The notes under the pieces were generated by a model, which saw nothing but the letters and a program-made list of their open reading frames with translations, made no database searches and was not told the DNA's origin. Positions 51,001 through 56,841 of a DNA stretch of 57,111 bases are shown one piece after another (within the stretch, counting starts at the first letter, position 1; the number at the start of each line of letters is the position of its first letter). The position numbers and the translations under genes were made by a program. Source of the stretch: Christensenella sp. UBA6345 (GTDB taxonomy: Bacteria > Bacillota > Clostridia > Christensenellales > UBA1242). The stretch spans positions 1 through 57,111 of the forward strand of contig DJSB01000007.1 in the NCBI GenBank assembly GCA_002437945.1, given 5' to 3'.

Positions 51001-52869
51001 TATCTTGACTTCATATTTACCGCTCTCGCCATCGCCTATAACTTGGTCTTTTGTTACTGGCATATTTCTTGCAAGAACATTACCATTAAAATCATATTTT
51101 GTATATGTAGCACTAATAGGTGCTTCAAAGTATGTAGCATCTGTCCATGTGGCAGATACGCCAGCATTTACAAATGATTCATTTTTAATTTCGCTACCAT
51201 CGTCTACTCTGTTAAGGGTAAGACTTGGTGTAGAATTATGTATCTGGAATACAAATGCTTGTTTATGTATTGTGTTACTTCCGCCAGCATTAGTATCTGT
51301 GTAATCATTGTATGTGTAAGCAATTATAACTTCATAATAACCAGTATTATCAAGACTAGTGTCTTTAGTTATATAACCCGAACCTTTTGTTGCAGGAACG
51401 GAGAATTGACTATCAGTGTACACACGATATACAGATTGTGGACGGTCTCCATTAATAGAATATGTACCATAGCAATCAAAACTAATTGTAGGCATATTGG
51501 TTTTTGGATAATTAAAATTATATATGCGGTTTTCCCCATCTAAAGTAAATAATGGGTTATTGATTGTGCCGTCTGCAGTATTATATGTTTTTGTGCTCAT
51601 GAATCCAGGATTCATTATTTCTGGGGCTTTAGTATATGTATCATATAATAAACTTGTAATATCTGCTTTAGTATCTTCATGTTTTAATTCGGTTTTGCCA
51701 TCTTTACTAAAATATGCTTTTACACCGAATATATGTAATTTTGCTCTACCTTTTTGATTATCACCATTTTCATATCTGTTATTACCATTGGCATCTTTGT
51801 CTTTTATGTCATATGCAAAAATATCTTCTGTAACTACAAACTCGGATTTAGTACCAGTAGAAATATTAACAAGATATCTGATTTCAAAATTATATGTACC
51901 TAGGTCTTCAAAGGTTAGGGTAGTCATATATTCGTCATTTTCATTTTTTACTATTCTAATTCTTTGATTTTTGCTTTCGCCGTTAACTGTCTTGGTTAAA
52001 GTTAAATAACCTTCTTTGGTACTAGTATCTATTTCAAATGAAGAAGTAACTGAATCTGTTTCTTTATTCTTCTCTCTTACATATCTGATATTGTATCTTG
52101 AAGCGTCAAATGTTAATGTAGGTAAAGTATCTTTAGTAAAGTTGTAATAATATTGAACTATGTTGGAATTGTCATTTTTACCTTGTACAGCCGAACTGTT
52201 GAAAACAGGGTAGTTGTCGTATTGGTTTTGGTCAAGTATGTAGAATGAGTATTTGTATGTTTTACCGGTATCTATTTTGTTGTCTACACATACTGCATAG
52301 TCGAATTGGAATTCATAAAGACCTTCGCCCGATACTGTACGTCCATCTTTTGTAGTTAAGTCTTTACCATCAAAGTAGCCATACCAATAACGTGCTTCGG
52401 TATTGTTGTCTGGTAAATTCTCGGTTTCGTAGATAGTAACATCGTTAAGTCTTATGTCTTCGCCATTTACTTTAAGTGTAACAATAAGGTTAGGTAGTAA
52501 CACACCTTCTTCTTGTGCACCAAAGGCTACATATGCATTCTCAATAGGAGCAGTAGATGAAGATGAATTAATTAATTGTTGCTCACTCTTATAGTTTTTA
52601 AGCATAACAAAAGCACCGTCTTCGATAGTCTCCAAGTCACCATTGTATACTTTCTCATCTTCGGTATAACTATAATGATTGGATTTTAACGAACTGGCAC
52701 TACGTTTGGCAATACCTATTTTGAAAGGTACACCAGTAACAAGTTCTTCTGCTTTTGCAGTGTCTTTAGGTTTGTAGAAACAAGAAAGGTAAAGGATTAC
52801 CCCCAATGTACAAATTATAAGAACTGCTATTGATATGTTTAAAAATTTATTCCAACTAAATTTTCTCAT
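45082..52869 (-). CDS. Giant (2595 aa) surface protein of divergent Ig-like beta-sandwich modules, with a TM helix at each terminus
   Basis: One uninterrupted 7.8-kb ORF. RBS AGGAG 7 nt upstream of the ATG. N-terminal anchor FLNISIAVLIICTLGVILYLSCFY. C-terminal anchor TSIIIIVVSSVVVVGLIVVFIVIRRHLKFR, with no LPXTG. A G-x-Y-x-[IV]-x-[IV]...D-x-AGN type signature recurs (GTYNFEIRY, GYYEVIIAYTY, GKYEVKIYL, LKDEAGNTASKF, GEYDIKIWDSSDN, GYYEIVERDEAGNYRVY, GTYTATISNSLGY, GIHRIKLYDLAGNIQNF, GYYEVTITTK, GNYTITLSKY). Confidence 0.85.
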   Translation of the reverse strand: MRKFSWNKFLNISIAVLIICTLGVILYLSCFYKPKDTAKAEELVTGVPFKIGIAKRSASSLKSNHYSYTEDEKVYNGDLETIEDGAFVMLKNYKSEQQLINSSSSTAPIENAYVAFGAQEEGVLLPNLIVTLKVNGEDIRLNDVTIYETENLPDNNTEARYWYGYFDGKDLTTKDGRTVSGEGLYEFQFDYAVCVDNKIDTGKTYKYSFYILDQNQYDNYPVFNSSAVQGKNDNSNIVQYYYNFTKDTLPTLTFDASRYNIRYVREKNKETDSVTSSFEIDTSTKEGYLTLTKTVNGESKNQRIRIVKNENDEYMTTLTFEDLGTYNFEIRYLVNISTGTKSEFVVTEDIFAYDIKDKDANGNNRYENGDNQKGRAKLHIFGVKAYFSKDGKTELKHEDTKADITSLLYDTYTKAPEIMNPGFMSTKTYNTADGTINNPLFTLDGENRIYNFNYPKTNMPTISFDCYGTYSINGDRPQSVYRVYTDSQFSVPATKGSGYITKDTSLDNTGYYEVIIAYTYNDYTDTNAGGSNTIHKQAFVFQIHNSTPSLTLNRVDDGSEIKNESFVNAGVSATWTDATYFEAPISATYTKYDFNGNVLARNMPVTKDQVIGDGESGKYEVKIYLNRDNTAGNEPINIGYKYVIDKDPISNININPIYARKNPITGSVIGYAISNDRNEVDISNSFIINQPFTLTYSKKPSGASINTIYYKIPFIANSNAGRLFTNDSKEYIETNYMIDVDNMDGGSPYNFDYSSLDTGLISSENAFLDDVSNIYVFELKDEAGNTASKFMIYDLTKPYVIVDTDLTKDGIQNIENPYGIITDKAQITWGNYKSIRINATVTDNRINNAKMQNIIERATGYFSLVNNTYFLNVRINNVLFNQGSNSINLTNQTNVIIYPTAPDNATYVERFFSGDDKVYTYQISDASNIKSLTNISNSNTKKGFVRMFLDNAQGIMYANFNNTNGTSNYEDVISGTINASELRFTYLPGDEGSSYHVKEITYSYYEFDPEAYKEITSDYIDTYNTNTQNGVPYPTYPFKKTPSLSNAKLKVDNSALSLPSPRVCTEIINQTSEDGKIKTKLGFYVIKREYDKVEGGDYSKDGVIRYYTYVVDRTGIIEIDTNVADENIYQFTGTVPDMLYQTGSGIVFDFSNPVNNVYDTYYTALQIQQYLRYSKISDNPSITIVDTNKLPVTVNLPLDKYNTDYTLFNSTDSNSYRSYTTETTKENSYGFGLKMRISTNSDQTIIFDNTESVVNINTTYVNSTIHNNVYAISLIHEGEYDIKIWDSSDNRSSVLSGEKEAEYRNYYNFKFKITHQQPEGQFYSKYNDNARTDMMLDLVNNGETNGIQYSTFKSINNDSLRFRFRKNEDQYKAVINPDNIVITKTVNGNVTTLVNGTRPSDDVMTFVPDYTGSETGYYIITIYDEVDYKNSNKTYLGGSGTTRDYMLAKSQNITYTVVLQYIGNESDYVINVTENGVQKTKNFFKSTFNITLDRIKPTYNYQRLIEDDNKKFNASRLLNQEQMDNYFFAVDSSFTFIQNSALGGTQDSSEFFYRKLDTNQHAYPEYYKTYTPDDENYYTEGNSSHIRFSDSDSTFTKDTIGYHDSNDGSTNKIINIYDLLSTEGYYEIVERDEAGNYRVYALYYNPNGKINQIHFDYNAKLQSEKTSGLLPDTKNGYINSAELLGNNLNFTGIDGSNDYFYKCIITYGTSTVTLINNPNDNLEPTSWEGFLKKINDALEFTKTVTKSGHKVIITFVNRLSDDYVITYRVPGDRLEPIIEDVSSTQFTITIPNDNDSTYIKEFHVWKFINSTWVEQSQDSLGNTIIKSYSTGTSLQGAKYTFGLGEFRFQLIDIFDRGKDLELYPPYYKGMGVNDVRTINYGTSITDNGVVNTANNVTLKYQTNLYLISIYLYDSTSGTYNIINTADYAANGIIEQSLNNGVRTLLFQNNAKNTIRQFKVELMVEKTKTLYTEIFAINKTLPEIELRNQSGGKLISSSNSKDPTIHTENFYITWDKDYKFEANVSLLRTYTDNSGKQQTERINNIANGYEVNLPGTYTATISNSLGYSDTTLNIYFKLVSGEIVVYDVIQINNGVETILRPSPKTTTYLDAGTGSTKILYSYYALMDYNNPQGSDKYIEIRANKNKGIECELIESTIDNEDSILKKKVYKVVGKSNYGYERYIQIVFVDKVNEANDLALTNISALYPSDDAGTLTSLPLSSDVKTNVNKLILTWKAYNTTENNLTELRGNLIYADYYFNGNFVKTIYDEVNDTNTLTLTTAGIHRIKLYDLAGNIQNFGSVNEMTINLVNNVLFKVNNEEPINNQIFNGNVEIEITNRYLYYSDPTITATLNGKEFTPEKVGTSFYEYKFMNHGYYEVTITTKITQNESVTTKYCFTIINPNIALPCFSIPQNSNFTVIQVFKQNSDITHNLESLNELWISPESLGTGNYTITLSKYNETLNKDVEFTFQVWVNNEIPYVYSSIPFGTGSTKQIVITYNPKIIYDQIGVGYIAITGMSNINITAESPNEISSITLTENREYWIQIFSADNKLVNSYKVTKQEPLNTTSIIIIVVSSVVVVGLIVVFIVIRRHLKFR

Positions 52870-53052
52870 ATGTTAACTCCTACATTTGCGATTTTGTTAA
52901 GACAATATTTCGCATTTTGACAATTACTAACTAAATTTTAGCATATCAATTTTTTTTTGCCAAATAATATATATTATAATTTAATATATTTTAAGTTATT
53001 TCTTTTACTATTATGTTAAGTAAATAACAATTAAAATATGTGTTTTGTTGGT

Positions 53053-53152
53053 TTAAATTTTTTACATTGTAGATAATTTATCAGCATACTATTCAAAAAT
53101 AATTTATTTTTAATATAAAATTTTATATTGTTAAATTTTTAATTGTAGATAA
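53053..53152. repeat. Direct repeat TTAAATTTTT(T)A(C)ATTGTAGATAA x2 upstream of the giant gene
   Basis: Copies at 53053-53076 and 53131-53152. The exact 11-mer ATTGTAGATAA starts at 53066 and 53142, 76 nt apart. They lie 180-280 nt upstream of the giant gene start. Confidence 0.4.
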
Positions 53153-53232
53153 AAACACATATTAATAATTTGCATATGATAGTATTTTTGTAGTAAATAT
53201 AGCCATTTTTTAACTATATGCTGTAAAGGATA

Positions 53233-53269
53233 TAAAAAAACAACAACGATTTTTCGTTGTTGTTTTTTG
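53233..53269 (-). terminator. Rho-independent terminator after the coupling-protein gene (usable on both strands)
   Basis: A7-ACAACAACG-ATTTTT-CGTTGTTGT-T6. It separates the T4CP gene from the giant gene promoter region. Confidence 0.8.
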
Positions 53270-53277
53270 TGTGTTTA

Positions 53278-55335
53278 TTAAATATCAAAATCTCCAAAAT
53301 CAGTGTTTCCGCCACCAAATGAATTAAATTGGTCGCCTTGACCTTGTGGATTAAGAATTTTCTTATTACGTTCTTTAATATCGTAGTAAATAGCCTTTTC
53401 GTCCAACATCTTTGGTATTACAAATTCGTCAGGTGCAGGTTTCATATCATATATTCTTTGTGCTTCAGGTTTATAACTTGGAGTGGTTTTTACCTTAATA
53501 GGATTTTGTTTTAATATAGATACGATTAACTCGTCTTTTAGACTACCAAGTTCGTTAGGGTAGATAAGTGGACGAGAATCCATATTGACACTTGTTGTTG
53601 TAGTGCTTTGTTCGTCTTTTTTACCTTTTGATGTTGTAGTACTTTCTGTTTCAACTGTTATAGTACCGCATCTGTCACTAAATTTCTTTTGTGTATCAGG
53701 ATCGTTACTACCGATATAAATATGAATGTTACAGTTGTCTTGAATAGTTGCTGCGACTTTTTCGTCATACTTAATAGCAAGTTGGGCATATGATTGAAGC
53801 ATAAGTAGGAAGAATATTTTTCTACTACGTGCAACAGTAATCATGGTTTCAAAGTTTTGAATAGCAGGCATATTAGCAAATTCATCTAGAATGTAATATA
53901 CTGTACGTTTTAACTCACCACCATTTTTGTTGGCAGAGTTAACAAGAATCTTATATAACTGACTAATAAACATACTTGCTATAGCATGTCTAGTAACTTT
54001 TTCATCTGGTATTTTTATAAATAGTGCAGTTGGCTGATCGGTAAATGTTTTTAAATCCATCTCATTGGTGTGAGTACAATAACATACACCAAGGTCACTA
54101 AATAAGTTAAGTCTATCAGAAACAATACCCATATATGATTTTTTAGTATTGTCAGCATTGGTAATAACTTGGTTGGCAAGTTGTGTTGCTTGGCTTAATG
54201 GATCACGTCCAGCAAAATAATCTGTAAGTGATTTCATAGGGTTGAATGGGTCATTATCTTTTAAATTGGCAATTTTTGCTACGTTGTAGAAGTTAAATTT
54301 CTCTTTAGTCATACCTAAAGCAGGATTTTCACTATCTTCAAGCATTGCAAGCATAACTGCAAAAATAAAGTCTTTAGCACCACTTTCCCATATAGGGTCT
54401 GACTTACTTAATACAGGGCATAGTGTCATGGCTATATCTTTTAAGTCTTCTACTGCTTCGGCTTTTAATTGTTGTCTTAAACCATTAATTTGGGCTTTAA
54501 CAGTATTCATATCTGCGAATGCTATGCCATTAAATTCATACCACTCGGAGAAATATTGATTACTTGCTAATCTTAAATTTGGATATTTACGTGGGTCATC
54601 ACCACGGTGTACTAGAATTTCTTTCTCTAGATTTCTTGCTCTTTCATTAAATTCGTATGGACGGGTCATAGGGTTCCAACAAGTACTGTTAAATGGGTCT
54701 TTTAAGTCGAATACTAGAACTCTGTAACCTTGTTTTTTAAGTTTGTTGCTGTGGAAACTATACAACTCGCCTTTAGGGTCGGTAATAACCATACAAGGTT
54801 TGGCTTTTGATTCACTAAATACTTGAATGGTAGGGTTAACGAACTGTGTTGTTTTACCAGTACCAGTAGTACCAATAACAAGTGTATGTATTGGCTTGTA
54901 CATATTAACCAACATTCTACTACCTACAACTTCGGCTCTAATAAGGATACCTATATTAGTGGTATTCTTAAGATTGTCATAATAACAGAATTTGAAGTCA
55001 GGGTTGGTCTTAAGTTCTTGAGCGGTAACCCAGTGACTATCATAATATTTCTTTAATCCGCCTTTAGTTTTAACTTTTGCGCCGTTAGATGAGTCTGAAG
55101 GAGATTTCATCATTTTGGTTAAAATGTATAGTATTGCAAGTAGTCCACCTAAAACCGCTATTATTAAGAATGTGCCACTTGAAAGTATGCTTATATCGAA
55201 TACTAGGGCTTTGTGAGTTATGACACATGCTACGACATAAGCCAATACTAAAATCCCGACTATCATACATAAAAACTTAAACATTCCACCTGCAAGTTTT
55301 TCTGCAAAAGTCTTTTCTTTCTTTTCTTTTTCCAT
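53278..55335 (-). CDS. VirD4/TraG-family type IV secretion coupling protein (T4CP)
   Basis: 685 aa. Two N-terminal TM helices, Walker A LVIGTTGTGKTT, ITDPKGE, Walker B-like VYYILDEFANM, and an acidic C-terminal tail (DFGDFDI). Confidence 0.85.
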   Translation of the reverse strand: MEKEKKEKTFAEKLAGGMFKFLCMIVGILVLAYVVACVITHKALVFDISILSSGTFLIIAVLGGLLAILYILTKMMKSPSDSSNGAKVKTKGGLKKYYDSHWVTAQELKTNPDFKFCYYDNLKNTTNIGILIRAEVVGSRMLVNMYKPIHTLVIGTTGTGKTTQFVNPTIQVFSESKAKPCMVITDPKGELYSFHSNKLKKQGYRVLVFDLKDPFNSTCWNPMTRPYEFNERARNLEKEILVHRGDDPRKYPNLRLASNQYFSEWYEFNGIAFADMNTVKAQINGLRQQLKAEAVEDLKDIAMTLCPVLSKSDPIWESGAKDFIFAVMLAMLEDSENPALGMTKEKFNFYNVAKIANLKDNDPFNPMKSLTDYFAGRDPLSQATQLANQVITNADNTKKSYMGIVSDRLNLFSDLGVCYCTHTNEMDLKTFTDQPTALFIKIPDEKVTRHAIASMFISQLYKILVNSANKNGGELKRTVYYILDEFANMPAIQNFETMITVARSRKIFFLLMLQSYAQLAIKYDEKVAATIQDNCNIHIYIGSNDPDTQKKFSDRCGTITVETESTTTSKGKKDEQSTTTTSVNMDSRPLIYPNELGSLKDELIVSILKQNPIKVKTTPSYKPEAQRIYDMKPAPDEFVIPKMLDEKAIYYDIKERNKKILNPQGQGDQFNSFGGGNTDFGDFDI

Positions 55336-55450
55336 AGTTCACCTTTACAATTTAGTATTAAATTTACATTAGTAGTATATATTTATATTAAAAATTTTAC
55401 AAATAAATTAAATCAATTTAACAATTTTAATATATTTTTTATTATGTTAG

Positions 55451-55479
55451 TTGCCAATAACAATAATTTAATGTATAAT
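55451..55479 (+). promoter_or_regulatory. Sigma-A-type promoter of the pilin-like gene
   Basis: TTGCCA (55451-55456), 17-nt spacer, TATAAT (55474-55479). Confidence 0.5.
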
Positions 55480-55600
55480 GAAATCAGTTAAAGCCAATTA
55501 TTTTTCATATTTTTTATAAAAAATGTGTAAAATATTTGAAATAAGTCAAATATTGTGTTAATATTGACGTAAGATAAGACTAAATGTGGAGGAAAAACTT

Positions 55601-56002
55601 ATGCAAATGTTTTTAATGAATTTAGCACAATCAATCATGGGATTTAAAAGTTTGATAGCAGCAGATTCTTCTAGTGGTATTACCAATGCTACCGGTTTCT
55701 TTGATAGAGTTATGAAACCAGTTGTTGATATCCTAGATGGTATGTTAGTTCCTATTCTTATTTTAGTAGGTACAGCAGGTTCTATTTATGCTATCGTATT
55801 AGGTGTTAACTTTAGTAAGGCTGAAAGTGCTGATAAACGTGAAGAAGCAAAGAAACGTATGATCAATGCAATTATTGGTTTGGTTGTAACTATTGTATTG
55901 TTGATTTTATTGAAACTATTTACTGCTAATGCTCAAGCAATCGCAGACTGGATCAATGGTGTTGCTAAAACTTCATCATCTTCTGCTGCTACACAACAAT
56001 AA
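55601..56002 (+). CDS. VirB2/TrbC/Maff2-like small two-TM membrane protein (putative T4SS pilin-type subunit)
   Basis: Likely start ATG 55601, with GGAGG 8 nt upstream (tracked ORF starts at GTG 55586). The leader-like N-terminus ends in ...LIAADSS. Two hydrophobic helices (MLVPILILVGTAGSIYAIVLGV and INAIIGLVVTIVLLILLKLF) are separated by a short charged loop (SKAESADKREEAKKR), which is the VirB2/TrbC topology. It is divergent from the T4CP gene. Confidence 0.55.
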   Translation: MQMFLMNLAQSIMGFKSLIAADSSSGITNATGFFDRVMKPVVDILDGMLVPILILVGTAGSIYAIVLGVNFSKAESADKREEAKKRMINAIIGLVVTIVLLILLKLFTANAQAIADWINGVAKTSSSSAATQQ

Positions 56003-56051
56003 GATAACAGGTAAATTTACAAATTATTATAATTTGCATAATTTTAATATA

Positions 56052-56086
56052 AAAAGCATGTGTATTAAGTGTACATATGCTTTTTT
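56052..56086 (+). terminator. Rho-independent terminator after the pilin-like gene
   Basis: GCATGTGTA-TTAAGTG-TACATATGC (one mismatch) followed by T6. Confidence 0.7.
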
Positions 56087-56279
56087 ATATTTTCGCTTAC
56101 CCCTGCAGGGCAACAACATAGGTTGTTGGAATCCTAAAACGTGCAGTCAATACTATTTTTATTTATAACGTGCACCTTGTATTTGTCATTCTGAGCGGAA
56201 CGCAGTGCAGTCGAACCCGTAGGGCAACGGCGAAGACGTTGGAATCCCAAAACGTAAAGTAAATATAATAATATTTTTT

Positions 56280-56370
56280 AATCCCGCCTAGATTACGATG
56301 TCGTATACACTCCATCGCCTTTCGTTGTTACTCAAGGTTCGACTGTCGCTCATAATGACAGGCGGGGATT
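56280..56370 (+). other. 91-nt element closed by a 10/11-bp stem (copy 1), containing an inverted X-type module
   Basis: AATCCCGCCT...AGGCGGGGATT closing stem. The interior carries GGTTCGACTGTCGCTCATAATGAC, the reverse complement of GTCATTATGAGCGACAGTCGAACC. Confidence 0.7.
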
Positions 56371-56388
56371 AAACAACTTGACATAATA

Positions 56389-56397
56389 TGCTATAGT
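56389..56397 (+). promoter_or_regulatory. Extended -10-like TGCTATAGT inside repeat unit 1 (identical copy at 56728-56736)
   Basis: TGnTATAGT. The TTGACA at 56378-56383 is only 8 nt upstream, so it is not a canonical -35. Promoter status is speculative. Confidence 0.3.
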
Positions 56398-56502
56398 ATC
56401 TAGCACATATTTGAAAATGGTGTTTAATTTGAAAGTTGCGTGTTGTTATTATTTTTATGATTATTTTAATGGCAGTTGTAAAGCATATACCACTAACAAT
56501 AC

Positions 56503-56841
56503 ATAACATGCACCTTGTATTTGTCATTCTGAGCGGAACGCAGTGTAGTCGAACCCGTAGGGCAACGGCGAAGAAGTTGGAATCTCAAAATGTAAAGCAA
56601 ATATAATAATATTTTTTAATCCCGCCTAGATTACGATGTCGTATACACTCCATCGCCTTTCGTTGTTACTCAAGGTTCGACTGTCGCTCATAATGACAGG
56701 CGGGGATTAAGTTAACTTGACATAATATGCTATAGTATCTAGCACATATTTGAAAATGGTGTTTAATTTGAAAGTTGCGTGTTGTTATTATTATCATAAT
56801 TATTCTAATGCTAGTCGTAAAGCATGTACCACTAACAATAC
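56503..56841 (+). repeat. Tandem repeat unit 2 (339 nt)
   Basis: As unit 1. The next landmark is at 56862. There is a 1-nt length difference at the AAACAAC/AAGTTAAC junction. Confidence 0.85.
56618..56708 (+). other. 91-nt hairpin element (copy 2), 91/91 identical to copy 1
   Basis: Base-by-base comparison with 56280-56370 shows no differences. Confidence 0.8.

Larger units (their letters stand above)
56165..56502 (+). repeat. Tandem repeat unit 1 (338 nt)
   Basis: Aligned by eye to 56503-56841. The GTCATTCTGAGCG landmark lies at 56185 versus 56523. Confidence 0.85.

Noticed and set aside
46124-51757. Five plus-strand ORFs (46124-46324, 46859-47092, 50981-51304, 51238-51543, 51524-51757) inside the giant gene
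   Set aside because: They are short antisense frames within a continuous 7.8-kb ORF, and nothing suggests nested genes.
56185-56217. Hammerhead ribozyme core, suggested by CTGAGCG...CGAAGTC
   Set aside because: The conserved CUGAnGA box is not present (it reads CUGAGCG), and the GAAA junction geometry does not fit.
56280-56370. tRNA or tRNA-like gene, suggested by GGTTCGA (T-loop-like) and a 7-bp closing stem
   Set aside because: Trying both strands, I could not place D, anticodon or T stems in the 84-nt core. The GGTTCGACTG is explained as the inverted copy of CAGTCGAACC from the X module.
56378-56383. TTGACA in each repeat unit as a canonical -35 box
   Set aside because: It lies only 8 nt upstream of the TATAGT box, which is incompatible with 16-18-nt spacing. 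Only the extended -10 reading is retained, at low confidence.
56454-56826. Diversity-generating retroelement (TR/VR) explanation for the 34-nt hypervariable patch
   Set aside because: The substitutions are not adenine-specific on either strand (t/a, t/c, g/a, t/c, g/c, c/t, t/c, a/g), and no reverse transcriptase is in the window. It cannot be fully excluded without the sequence beyond 57111.
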